A stretch of 64,000 nt of DNA from Bugula neritina (taxonomy: Eukaryota; Animalia; Bryozoa). Below are positions 40,560-53,939 of the stretch, one piece after another. The position numbers and the translations under genes were made by a program. The notes beneath the pieces were generated by a model. It made no database searches. It saw only the letters and a program-made list of their open reading frames with translations, and was not told the origin of the DNA. The stretch's first letter is position 1; the number at the start of each line of letters is the position of its first letter. Location: the NCBI GenBank assembly GCA_964035545.1, contig OZ037767.1:21220628-21284627 (forward strand). Direction: 5' to 3'.

Positions 40560-41191
40560 ATGATGTTGATAAATTTACTTATCTTGGTTCTACTCTCACT
40601 AAAAACACCACAGTTGACCAAGAAAGATTGATCAGACTAGGAAAGGCTGCTGCTGTGTTTGGGCGCCTCAACAACCGAGTGTGGAAGAACAGACATCTTA
40701 GCATCCGCACCAAAGTTAGAGTCTATGGAGCGTGTGTTCTCAGCATTCTTCTTTATGGATCAGAGACTTGGGCAACATACTGAAGCCAAAAATCAAAATT
40801 CAGTGCTTTTCACACCAGAAGCTTAAGGTACATTTTTAGCAAAAGCTGGAAAGACAAGATGACAAATAAAAATATTTTTCAACTCACAGGTTCAGGTCCT
40901 CTTTCCTTAAAAATAAAATTTTTAAGTCTTCTCTGGGCTGGTCACCGCATTCCACACATCTTGCTTCATGGCGTATTGTCAGAAGGATCCCGTCAAACTG
41001 GGAAACCTTATCTAAGGTTTAAAGATGTCTTAAAGCGAGGTCTCAAAGACTTCCATATAAATCCCAGCAGCTTTACCACACTCTCCTATGATCGTGCTGA
41101 ATGGAGGCAAAAACCTCCTACCGGACAGACATTTGACTCAGATAACAACAGTAAGAGTCTTATGGCTAAACGTGCAAGACACCAGCACTGA
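40560..41191 (+). mobile_element. Decayed RTE-clade LINE 3' fragment
   Basis: DKFTYLGSTL...FGRLNNRVWKNRHLSIRTKVRVYGACVLSILLYGSETW...GSRQTGKPYLRFKDVLKRGLK...DRAEWR, with a stop codon and frameshifts. Confidence 0.88.
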
Positions 41192-42517
41192 AGATGCTAT
41201 GCATTGTCAACACTGACAGACGCTTGCCAAACATTTACAAGATAATACGCCTTTGTGAATCAACTGAAAGATTTATCTAATGGTATTTGAAGATTATTAA
41301 CCAACTGAATAATATGTAAAACAAAATATACAACAATATGTATAACAATATATTGATATGCAAGATTTTTGTTGAAGTCTTAAGATCTGTTTGGATAGTT
41401 AGAAAATGGTGAGACCTAAAATATCGTTTATAACTTCTCTTTTAATAACGTATGGAAACAAACAAGGAAATCAAGTTGGTTATAGGAGTGAAAATAGTCT
41501 ACATAGTCAAAAGCTGATGCCTGCTATGGTTTCCCAGTGCATCTGCATTGTCTCTTTGGTTCTGTCTTTTGCTGTTAACAGGAGTTGCAAAAATGACTGA
41601 GGATCAAACACTGCTGGATTCAAAAAATTACTCAGAGCTTCTATTGAACAGGAAGTGCGAATTCTGCCAAAGACTCAACAGGGGGGGGGGGGGGAATAAT
41701 GCAGTGGGCAGGACCTACTGTAAGCAATGTTATGTATAAGTGAAATCTAAAATTTCTTGCTAATAATATTTGCGTTTGCCTTGTTTCTATGACTACATGC
41801 GTGAATAAATTAAATGTTTATTTTTAAATCTCACTCAATATCAACAAAACAAAATTAAATATAATCATGGAAATTGGTTTGCTAAATAATTATCAGGCAA
41901 TCAGTTCATTATGTAAAAAAGTTATTCACCCTAACCGTTCAGCTTTTTTAACTGGTACAGAGGACAATGTTTTTCCACCCTGTGCGAATTTCCGCCATGT
42001 CAGTGCAAAAATACGTGTGGCCATATTTTTATTTCAGCCACACACCTCCAAAATAATTTTCATGGCAGTTGAACCAATTAATCAGAATCATAAAAATACC
42101 TTCTACCAAGCAGTGTTAAATTTCTAGCAATAATGATAGTTGTTGGATACAGCACAAAGTTTGGGGTCAGGGGTTACCCAGTATAAACGCGCAATAAGGC
42201 GACACAAAACTCATCCAATTACAATCTTTTCAAATGTTTATTTGGCTAATAGAAAGTCAGGATCAAACACTCGATAGAAAAAATGGCTACCATCCAAAGT
42301 TTGAGACGTGGGCTCCCACGTTCTGTCGGCCATGTCCGCTGCACATGTAACAAGGCTTTTAACTTCACGAGCAGTGAAGCGGTAGATATAAATACATCTT
42401 ATACGCACATGCTCAATTCATTGTATATTTACTTCCAGAGAAAGTTTGTTGTAGAGCTAAAGATGTGAAAAACAATTTGTGGAAGATGTGTCAGGTAGGT
42501 AGGAGAAAATACACATA

Positions 42518-42763
42518 TTGCACACATTACACACATTACACACATTGCACACATTGCACACATTACACACATTACACACATTGCACACACTGCACACACT
42601 GCACACACTGCACACACTGCACACATTGCACACATTGCACACATTACACACATTACACACATTGCACACATTACACACATTACACACATTGCACACATTA
42701 CACACATTACACACACTGCACACATTACACACATTGCACACATTACACACATTACACACATTA
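42518..42763. repeat. 9-bp minisatellite (cacacattR / cacacactg, ~27 copies)
   Basis: Explains the HTL/CNV/CVM repeat ORFs. Confidence 0.95.
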
Positions 42764-43337
42764 TACACCAACACACATATGCATGTATTGTTCTTATATA
42801 CCTACTAGATTCTAAGCTGGTATTACATCTATGTATCTTGTTTATATATAAATCGGCATGGTTGAATAATATGCTACATAAAGTCGTAGATAAAACATAT
42901 AAAACCAAGTTTACACAGCTGCTACTGTATATACTAGAAAGTAGAGTTGCATACATGCAACCAGTTTTTAAACAGCTCATATAATAAGATAGAGTATTGC
43001 AGTAGAACAGTGTCTGGGTAGCCTCACTGAATAGGAAGATTATATGTTATTATATTAAAACTAAAATAGCATAATTATGACAACTCCAATTTTTTATCTT
43101 AAGATGGTGGAGTGCTTTTAGTTAGGTTAGATTATTTCGCGTACCTGGTTAAGTTTGTAAATGGTGTTGCTATGTTAACTAGTTGCTAGTAATAAGTTTT
43201 ACTGCCAAGTTTCTCTGCTACCAGTTTAAATAAAGTTAAATTAGCTGTAAAACTTATTGAGTCATAGAAAGCTTCAAGTCCTTAATTAAAAGCAATTTTA
43301 ATATAGTATATAGCACCGGCTTGAACAACACTTATAG

Positions 43338-44464
43338 CAGTGATTCCCAACTTGGGGGGGGGGAATTCCCCCCTAGGGGGAATTTGGACATTTTAGGGGG
43401 GGAATTTGGATTTTGAAAAATTCACACAATTTGTTGACAGTTTTTGGGCTCTTGCAAGTTACATGTATATGCATATCTATAAATCTTCATCTTAGTTCAT
43501 CTATTTAACCAAACCATATTCTGAAGCTACTCTACCCTAACTGTTTTCTGTGCTACTTCGAATGAAAGTCAAAAATATGCAAAAACCAACAGGCCAACTT
43601 TTAGCAGCCATGCAAGTCAATCTCTATGAACTGTATACTACATACCTAGTGAATATAATATTTGCTACATTAAATAATCTGAACTTAAAAATTCAGGAGT
43701 GCAATCATCATGCATATCATTGTTTTTTCAAGCAGCAGCAATGTTTTAAAGTTACACTAAAGTGGTGGCGTCTATCCAAAACATGGCGTCTTTCCCTACA
43801 CTCAATGAACTTGTATAGGAAACCTGTTCCGATTTTAGGTAAAAATAGCACACTGGTGTTAAATTTTCGCAAACCCAAACCTCCAAATCCCCCATCCTGA
43901 ACGCCTAACCCCCAACTCAAATCTACAATGCTAATATTGAAAATGTGCCATTCTTACTTAATTTTCCATTTGTGCCATTATTACCTGCACCATTTTTACA
44001 TGCACCAGTTTTACGTAAAATAATTGTGGGTTTCAACAAGCAAACTCTTACCACAAAAAACTGACAAAGCAGAGTTTTGGTGCCATCCAGCACCACCCAT
44101 CCGTGTGAGGTAGGATTCTCATCAATTCAAAGAGAAAAGAAACTGCATTAACCTGCAAAGTGACTTAAGATGGGCCTGGTCATAAACAGAGTCAGATTTA
44201 ACCAAGCTGGCACAAAAGCATCAAATTAAGCCATAACATTAATAATTGAACTGCTCTGTGTGTGATAACATAAAATTAACGATAATATTACCATTATGAT
44301 AATTATATTATATGCAAATATAATAGAACAAAATAATTATATTGCATTGTATCATATATTCTGATTCAGTAAGTCATAAATCTTTTTGCTCTTTGAAAGG
44401 GGAGGAATTAACAGTCAACATTTATGAAAGGGGGGAATAGTATGAAAAAGGTTGGAGACCGCTG
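43338..44464 (+). mobile_element. Non-autonomous hAT (Buster/Charlie-like) element
   Basis: TIRs CAGTGATTCCCAAC / GTTGGAGACCGCTG; perfect 8-bp TSD ACTTATAG (43330-43337, 44465-44472). Decayed transposase C-terminal remnant DLRWAWS*TESDLTKLAQKHQIKP*H* at ~44160-44243. Confidence 0.88.
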
Positions 44465-47400
44465 ACTTATAGTAACATTAGCAGTGCAGCGGTGATGTTT
44501 TGTTTTACTGGATACACAACATCTCAAAACTCTGAAATAGATTTTCTTTACAACATGGTGAGCCTCATTGATGACATCGTGAGATTGATTGCTCATCTGG
44601 AATGGTCAAAATGCAGCAATAGCTGGTGATTTACTCTAGAATCTAGCAGATATAATATGGAAGCATATCTTACGACGGCATAATAATATATATAATGGAT
44701 CTTAGACATATAATGCAGTTTCAGTTATACTATTAAAGCATATATCCATGCTTGGGTGCTATGTATGATCGTATATGCATGTGTATGTATCTGTATATCT
44801 GTTGATATTATGTATATATATACTGTAATATATAATTAGGTTGAATATTAGTAACCATAATGATGATCAAAATTAAATAGAATGACATATAATATTATTT
44901 TCTAGTATGACAAATGCATGTCGTATCACCACGTCATTTGGCTACCATTATTGTGATAATTACAATCTATTACGGATTGTGAGAGAATAATTTGATGCAT
45001 TTACTGCCAACTGCTACAGAATACAGACTACTTTATTACGTTGTGTTATAATATAACTACGCTGTCATCAAAAAGAAGATGTGTTGCTGCACATCATATA
45101 TTCTACAGCGCCTGAGCCTGTTTAGCTTCTAAAACTTTTTGTAAAATGTAGAATATATTTGAAGACATTGAATGTTTTCGACTATAGGGTATATTTTGCT
45201 AAGGAAGGTGAAGAGTATTGACTTTCCTTCCTACTCCTATATTCGTAAGGGGAGTAGGAAGAGAATATAAAGATCAGCTGGAAAGGTGAAGCAAGTATAT
45301 ATGAATACATTGGACCAACTCAATTGTACTCTGAGCTTTCTGAACCATACTATTGTTGTTCCAAAATATTGTTGTAGCAAATTTTAGTATATGTTTATTG
45401 TTGAACCACAACTGAATATATATTTATACGAGTTGGGGCTACATTCAGTAAAACAACAGCTGAGAGAAGCTCCTAGATTTAGCACCTATACAAACTATTA
45501 CAAAATGTAGCAGAGTGACTTCTGCTAAACCAGTCAGGCGTGTTTGATGAGCAATGATATTGCAGTCTATTATAGATGATTGCCAAAGTTGAACACCATA
45601 ACTTTCATCATCTTAATGTGCAGGTTAAGAAGCTTTTGATCTTTAGCTTATACATACACTTACTTAATGAACACATAAACTAGTAAATTACCTATACTAT
45701 TGACTGTATAAATGTCAGGGTCAAACACTGCATTTCGCAGCAATTATGCAATTAACATGATTGAAGTCAACTCAGTTTAATAACTAGTTAACACGAGCTA
45801 ATATAATCTAATTAAGTAACTATCTTATGTTTTCTCTGATTAAAGGACCGCTAGTTCAATTCTTGTGAGCAGTTCTAAGTCTTCGCATATCTTAACAGAA
45901 CCCCAATCTCTCTAGACAGTTGCTCTGTTGTAAGTGAAAGACCTATTCCTACCTGTCACTTAAATGAAAAACATGTTGCTACCACTTCACTCTGTTAACT
46001 TTGTTAGGTATTCTTAAAATTTTATATCAATAGTATAGCTTGCTTTGAAATTTCTTTTTAATATTATAATGAAAACTTTTATGTTACAGTTTTCTTCCGT
46101 GCATGTAACACGCAAGTAGGTATATACCATTATTCTATGAAAGATGGGAGATGTAAATAATATACAATGCCATTCTACTGTAGCCAAAAAGTAGGCCTAT
46201 AACCCACAAGAGTATATATAAAAATATATTGTACAACAAAGCTTATTAAGATGGTTTTAGGGGCAAATTTTAGCATTACATTTAAGCAACTTCAACAGAA
46301 CCCTAGCACGACTTTAAACCTACTGGCCTTGGAAACGCTCTACTTACAAAAAGAATTATTTTTTGTTATTTCTAAAATATCATCTAAATTTGAATGTTTG
46401 AGCAAATTCACAATCTTTCACACCCAAAGAATGTAACTTCAATTCTTCAACTTAACAGGTTGGTCTGCCAACTGAAAAAGACTAATATTATGAGGAATGC
46501 ACGATCAAGTCATCAGCAATTAATTACATCTTTAGGTATTGGCCTTGGAGACTGGGAGACAAGATATTGATCTGTCTGCAGTCTGAGTATAAAAAGAGAA
46601 CTGCAGTTTGTCTATAAACAGCTCCATCAAGTATGTCTACGGAAAGATGTCTACAAAGAGAGGTAGCTTGGAGAAGCCAAATAGAAAGTGTGAATAGGAG
46701 ATCAAAAGCAGGTAATTATAAAATTGCCTGTTTCTGTGAAACTATATTTTCTGGCTGTTGTCATACCACTTGGTATCACCGTAGCATTTGGTATAGAATT
46801 TTGTGAATGTTTTTGTTTGTGATTTACAAAAAAATATTATGTTAATTTCTTAGTCAACTGTGCAGTTTATATTTTCCAAAATTTGTTAAGCAATTTATTC
46901 ATTTTTCAGTGAAAACCCAAGTTTGTCATTATGGAAATGGCTTAATAACTCTCCATTATGGCAACATGCTATCTTATCATAAAGTAATTTGTATTGTATT
47001 TGGTTGTTGACTGTCCAGCTTGAGGTAGGTGCAGCAATAGAGGTATTAGAACAAATTTGAAGCACCCTTCAGCCATTGCCCAACAGTTGTATCCACTGTT
47101 TACAACACATTTGCTAATGTCAGTATGGCTCATCTAACAGAAGTGTAGAAGCTTTTAACAAAATGCCCTTTTATTGGAAATATTTCTTCAAAAGTCTTTA
47201 TTATTGCACCTGTCAGGTTTGTCTGATGTGCTACAAAAACCAGCATATAAACTAGGTTCTGGGCTCCAATGCAACTTCTGAATACACCTGAAGTCTACTG
47301 TCAGATGTATAGAGCTTGCTATTCATTGGATCTTAATGTTGGTTGACTACATTCTTTTGGCAGCGTTGTGCTGTGCTGCCCTTGCCGTTTGTTGTCTGTG

Positions 47401-50159
47401 TTTTGTGTATATGGCCAATCAAAACATATCTGAGTAAAGTATCTCTTAGTTTAACCAAGTTCAGCCAAAACTTTTATATATTTCAACACATTGCAAGGTC
47501 CTAACTAATGGTAGAAAGTTGTTCAATGCCAGGGTGATGAAACATTAGGGTTTACAAATGTCTCATTATTGTTTGTCAATGTTTTTGGTTACTTCTTTTG
47601 TCAATGTTCATGTGTTGCAGTAGTTTCCGAGAAGGGGATGTGAAGCAGAAAGGATTAGTTGTGAGACAAAGCTGTAGAATAACACGGATATCTTTCTAGA
47701 AATTACAAAAATTGCAAAAATGATCACACCATTTTCTGGATTTCCTGAGTGAGAACAGTTGTATATCAGATTTATTTTCTACTTTTCTAAGTAATTTTAT
47801 TCCTAACATTGATCTTGTCTACCTCAATCTACACAAAAAACATAGTGTTCCAGTTATGCTAGTCTTGCTTACATATTGTTCAAGCTCACTTCTTTACACC
47901 TTTTGTGTATATTTTCGTTTCTACTATAAGAAATTATATACACTAAGCAGATAGAGTAGTAAACAATGTTGAAATGATTCACCAAAAAAGCATGAAGTAA
48001 AAGAAAAACTTTATTTTGAAGCTATATGTATTTGATATATATTGATATAGCACTGTATACAAGACTGTGCTTTATTCAACTAAGCATAATTAACTCTGTT
48101 GTAGGGAATTCTGCAGCCTTCGTTCACAGAGTGAACAGTTTCTAATCTGAAGTAAGAGAGATTAAGACTTGGTGGTTAGTAGACAGCAGAAGATGGAATG
48201 AGTATCACTCTCCCATATTGAGTTGAGTATAATCTTGCTAGGAAGGTTAGCCTGTGGTCACTATGAACTGTTTACACCCCCTTCTTAGATAACCAGTTTT
48301 CTATAAGCATCATCAATTTCTATACTCTGTAGCTTTATACTTTTTTGCCAAATATTTTTGTATTTCAATTTTGCTTTCTTTGAATACGCTCCAGTTTTTC
48401 TACATTCATAATTGTCACTACCTCAAATGCTCATTGTAGCTGATTTTCACATCTTTTCATTAATTTCTGTGAGTGCTGAATGCAAAGAAATCTATTTTCT
48501 CAAAGTTTTAGTTTTTGACTCAAATTTTCCATAATTTTCATTTAAAGTATGTTGTTGGGTCCCATGAACAGACAACTTCTCAATCTACAAACAGCAGTCA
48601 GAATTTCTTTTCTGTTATAACTTAACCGGGTGTGCACTGTTGAGGGTGCCCATGCCATTCGATTGAATTTTATTTTATTTGAAGCTACTAGTACCGTTAT
48701 TAAAGAGAAGGGGGATAAAAGCAAAACCCATTCAGTGAAAGATAACTACAATAATATATTGTAACTATATTTTACATTAAATCCGGTTTCGTATGTGCAA
48801 TAAAGGACAGATAACAGCCATGTATGAGTGGATAGGGCAGTCAACTTCTAACAAAATGCAAAATAGTTAAAATCTTCATCTACCCCACTATAGTTAGTAA
48901 AATATATACACAATTTTTATGTTTTACAGAGCTTTATGGAGAGTAATTTCTTCCATTAACATTCTTACTGTTTTAACTTTTTATCAGTTAATTAGGAATA
49001 TTTGTGTATATGGAGAATTTAAATTAACATTGAATGATTAGTTAAGTAGTCTACTAAACACACAAAATTATTAATTGAATGTACTTATAATATTTCATGT
49101 TCTTCGAACTTATGTACATAAGTGTGTGATCATTTAGGATGGAGCTGAGCACACCGTATGTTTGTTTGTTGTAGAAGTTCCCAACTACCACCTGGACTAA
49201 ATATAGTCCAAGTAGTTAGACTATAGACAGTAAGTTAGACCCTCCCAACATCAAGTTTTTGGTAAGGAAGAGAGCAAGACAAGAAGAAATTAGTAGATCC
49301 AGTAGTTTCTACAATTAAAACACACAACTGGCTGTAAAGCAGACTCAGAAAGTGAAAACCTATTTCTCCATTTCACAATTTTGTCTTTCTCCAAAGACTG
49401 ATACAATCTAGCATTTTATAAATTATTGTTCGAATGTTCAACTAATTACTATAATAGTTGTGGTACTGAGTGCAATATACTTTCAATTAAATAAAATTAT
49501 TATCCTGCTAACAATTTAATTGTTAGCAGGATAATACTCTTGTGTATAATATATCAAACTATATTACAAAATATAATAATATAATAATTATACCCTAAAT
49601 TATCTGCTAAATATTAAACTAATATCTAAAATTAGATGTACCGCCATACAGGTTATATCACCTGACTAAACAGGGGGAATACAAACTTGACCGGTCTAGC
49701 CACAAGTACACTCATGAGTCATGAGTTGCCAGAAACCAAGAAAACCCCATGGGGATAATTAACTATATATCTCTAACCTTGAATGTATACCACCACTCCA
49801 TGTTTGTTAGCTATCAATTCTATGCAGAAGTGTTACGATTGTGATATTATAAGAAGTTTAGTTTAGAATAAAATCTTATTGGAGATTAGAAAAGTGCATG
49901 CAAGTTGGATAATATTATGAAGGATATATGCTTTTTCTCAAAGCAGTGACTTTGCTAAGGAATAAGGAGTTATATGCCCAACAGGTACAAGTTAAGTTGA
50001 CACACTGCACCAGCCACCTAGATCTCTAGTGACCAACATATTATTACTCTTGCATAAAAAGCAGCTGAATGAAACTATGAATAACCTAAACAACTGGGAG
50101 GACATAAGCCATATAACCTTAGAAGTGACAAAACACAAGGAGCTGTATGCTTGTTTAAA

Positions 50160-50340
50160 TTATGTGGCATTTAGGAGCAGCAGTGGACAAATTGAGATAG
50201 CTTAAGTTCTTCTGCTTCTTAATTAGATTTTGGTTTGGGGCACTGGTTGAAATTCCGGAGAGAACATAACTTCTTTTGCTACATTTCTAATCTAGAACAC
50301 AGGTTTTTCTCAATTTCTTCATTACTGCACCTACCTCTCC
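50160..50340 (+). repeat. Interspersed repeat, copy B (unclassified)
   Basis: Homologous to 35578-35780. Confidence 0.75.
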
Positions 50341-50476
50341 TACCTACCTACCTACCTACCTACCTACCTACCTACCTACCTACCTACCTACCTACCTACC
50401 TACCTACCTACCTACCTGCCTGCCTGCCTACCTACCTACCTACCTACCTACCTACCTATCTACCTACCTACCTACT
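50340..50476. repeat. (CTAC)n microsatellite
   Basis: About 33 units, flanked by a duplicated tactgcacctacctctc. Confidence 0.95.
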
Positions 50477-51679
50477 GCACCTACCTCTCATGTGACCACC
50501 ATAAATCAGTAGGCAAAAACAAGTTATCAGCATACATTGTATTGTATATTAGGCATTAATTGTGCTGAGTATTGTCACTTTTAGCACAGCTGGTCACACA
50601 GTTTGAGTGGAGATAACTTCAAAGTGTTGAGTCACAGAGTTTTAAATATTATGTGCTATAGATTCAATTATACAAAATATGCAGAATTTTCACTCACCTC
50701 ACATGCATAAACGGAATTAATTTAATGGAATGGAGTTTACCATTCAGTATTCCAGACGAAACTAGAAGCATATGCCACTCTATAAAAAACAGAAAATATT
50801 CTATAGGCAGCTTTGCATATTATTTTTGATAAATCATTCTTTAGAAAAGTTGAGGTGTTGGCTAGCAAAGTTAATATCTATGTAAGAGAAAAAGTAAATA
50901 TCCACAAATACAATCGGCATCCAAAAAGTCGGTCTTGCAAAACTCTGCCAATTTTCTTTGAAAAATATGGTTTGTATGACAGAATTTTTATCATGAAGAA
51001 ACATTTAGGCATTTATTGTTTTCGTATAATAAAATGGAAAAGAATTTATACACTCAATATCCTGGTCAAACTGGAATACTTACGACAAGGAGAATGAAGT
51101 TCGAATCTCTGCAGGTTCAACTTAAACACTTGGAAAAGCTGGGAATAATTAGCTTTATATAAAGAATTTAACTAAAGATGCAACTTTTACGGCATGCACC
51201 AGAAAATATGATGTTAATGCATGATTATGATGCAATGCATGTCTCTAATTATGTTGGCTGCTATAGGCTTGCTTGAAAACCAGGCTATTCATTTCTGACA
51301 AGCTCCTGCATAAACTCTCATTGTGTTAACTTCATAAAACTATAAAGTTATAGTGTGCGGTATTGAAGCTTTATAGCTAAGTTATAGATACGCTGTCAAA
51401 TTAGATGCCTGAGTTGAGATTCTTGTTTTAAGTTTGCTTGTGTGCACCACGCCATTAGGTTTTACAACAAAAGGGAGTAAATTTTGTAAAAAATGTTGTG
51501 TAGACATCCTTGCAAATTGTTTCCTCATGACTATTTATGCTTGCCTTTATAACCTGTTCTTCATCACACTTATACATGTACCTGTTTATTGGCAGATGAA
51601 ATTAGAGGAATGGTGTTTTTCACAAGTAATAAATAACTACAAATTGTAAGAACTTTGCAACTTTCATAATAGTATAGTA

Positions 51680-52999
51680 GGGGTAACCGGGGCACAACGG
51701 TCATAGGGGTACAAAAAGCCGGCCAAATTGTGAGAGAACTTATTGACTTAGGGTTGTGATATTTTTTTCATAAAAAGATGTTGACATAATTATTCAGTCT
51801 TTGTAGTTTCATCACTTGCGGAACATAAATGTTGAAAAGGCGAGTAAAAAACTGTTTTTACCTACATTTTGTAAATTTTTTAGGATGTCGTTAAAGCTTT
51901 ATAACTTTTTACACCCAAAGGCAAGAAGCCTATATTTTACCAATATTGTTGCCATTGCTTGTCTCTACATTGCTTAACTAGTATAACAGCAAAAACTGAA
52001 ATAAATTTTCCTTGAGGCACATTTATTTTCAATTTGGCCACACGGGCACAATGGGCCACGCTGACCGGGGCACAATGGGCCACCTGATTATTGCACCCTG
52101 ATCACTGTTATTAGTTTGTTTGCCAAAAAAGTTGGTTGAAATGTTGCTAAAATTTATAGATATAGCCATTTCTGACCTTTTTGTAAAATATCAAAGACAT
52201 CACGGTAAGACTACAAAAGTACAAGTTGAAGCTCCCCTAATATATACATCTGGTGAGATTAAAGCTTTGGCATTTTATACATAATACAAAACACTCTGCT
52301 GCTGCTACTAGTAGATAGTCATGATATTCATTATATATTACACAATTGAGGGAATATACATGTATTTGGCTAAAATAAATTGTGATTTGCCCATTTGCTC
52401 CCCCCTCTCCCTTCCGTACTCCAGTCACAAACCTCAGCCGTGCATGCACCTTAGCTATACAGTTCATAGAAAAAAGTCGGCTCGAAATTTTGTAGTACAT
52501 GTTACTAAAGATTTTTTTTTAATAAACGTTCCTCTGAGGTGAAAATAACAGAACATATTTAGTTCTAAAGAGTAATGATAATGGCACTGCAGAACCGAGT
52601 GACGTGCGTTTGATTTTGCTATCCTCTGCTATCCGTAGTGGCACAAACTGTACAGCTAAAACATGAATTTTGCTGTAGATCTGAAAGAGTATCTTTATTT
52701 ATTTGTAATATTAAATAAATAAAGATCGGATGTAACAAAATACGCAAAATTTCAATATATTTGTTGTGTCCCACCCAGTGGCCCATTGTACCCCGGTACC
52801 GGGGCACAATGGGCCAATTTTTTCGTCATGAAAATTTCCTTATTCTAAAAGTTGTGAGAGAGATAGAAACAACAAACTGGTACCTGTAATAGACAACATA
52901 TGCAGCATTAAGACTAGAGATTATTGAACTAGTAACTTGAAAAACAGACAAATGAGAGCAACAAATGCAAAATTCGGCCCGTTGTGCCCCCGTTACCCC
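51680..52999. mobile_element. Non-autonomous TIR DNA transposon, 1.3 kb (TA-flanked, probably Tc1/mariner-pogo type)
   Basis: TIRs GGGGTAACCGGGGCACAACGG / CCGTTGTGCCCCCGTTACCCC with TA on both sides. Internal copies of GGGCACAATGGGCCA at ~52035-52083 and ~52778-52816. No transposase ORF. Confidence 0.82.
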
Positions 53000-53000
53000 T

Positions 53001-53200
53001 ATATACAGTCACACTACAGGAAGGTATAGTATATACAGTCACACTACAGGAAGGTATAGTTTATACAGTCACACTACAGGAAGGTATAGTATATACAGTC
53101 ACACTACAGGAAGGTATAGTTTATACAGTCACACTACAGGAAGGTATAGTATATACAGTCACACTACAGGAAGGTATAGTATATACAGTTACAGTATAGT
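53001..53200. repeat. 30-bp minisatellite (atatacagtcacactacaggaaggtatagt, ~6.5 copies)
   Basis: Near-identical units starting at the transposon's right end. Confidence 0.95.
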
Positions 53201-53939
53201 AAGGTATGGTGAATACTTTGCAACAATTAAAACGTTTAAAACAAGAATGTATAATAAGTTTACCAATATTTTTTAAAATAATGAAATATCTGCCTATAAT
53301 GGAAAATTATACATTATATTTATTTTGCAGCTTAATTTCTTAGATTCAATGCCACCTACTAAAGTATAACAGACACCACGTCATTATAGAACATAGGTAT
53401 AGATTCAGATTATAGTGGTAGGAAAAAGTGATTACACAAAGAAAAGGTTGTGATTAGATTTAGTACTCGCATACTGATAGCAATTTCAAACAGTGCCAAT
53501 TACTATTACTGTGATAATTAAACTGAAAATATTCATTATTTTTTTCTTGTTCAATGGCTTTAAGTTTATATGGTATTACAATATCACTGCCAAGTAAATT
53601 TGAAATATTTCATTTTGTAAGTTATATTTTATCAGTTGGGTTATCAATTAAATGAGCTTTGATTAAGTTTGTCTGCTGTTGATCACATGCTGTGTTATGC
53701 GTTTATTTTCTCCCCTTTATGACATTAATGACATTTTCTCTCTTTTACAAGTTTTGAAGGTTGTTTTTAAAAGCAGCTCCAAGTTGGGGGTGACTGAGTG
53801 CAGTAGCTTGGAAAATTTTCTAACTCCGATGTCGAGACTCCGAACTACTGCAATCAGTCTCCCCCAACTTGAGGTTGCTTATAGATAAATTTGTACTAAA
53901 CAGGAAACCACGTGTTTAGTATCCGTTGACGACGCTAAG

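Noticed and set aside
44500-51650. Possible hidden gene in the long apparently gene-free interval
   Set aside because: No phase-consistent exon chain or recognisable protein motif was found by eye; only decayed repeats. Small UTR exons cannot be excluded.
53001-53200. 30-bp (and 33/34-bp) direct-repeat arrays resembling CRISPR
   Set aside because: Units are contiguous with no unique spacers, there are no cas genes, and the context is eukaryotic.
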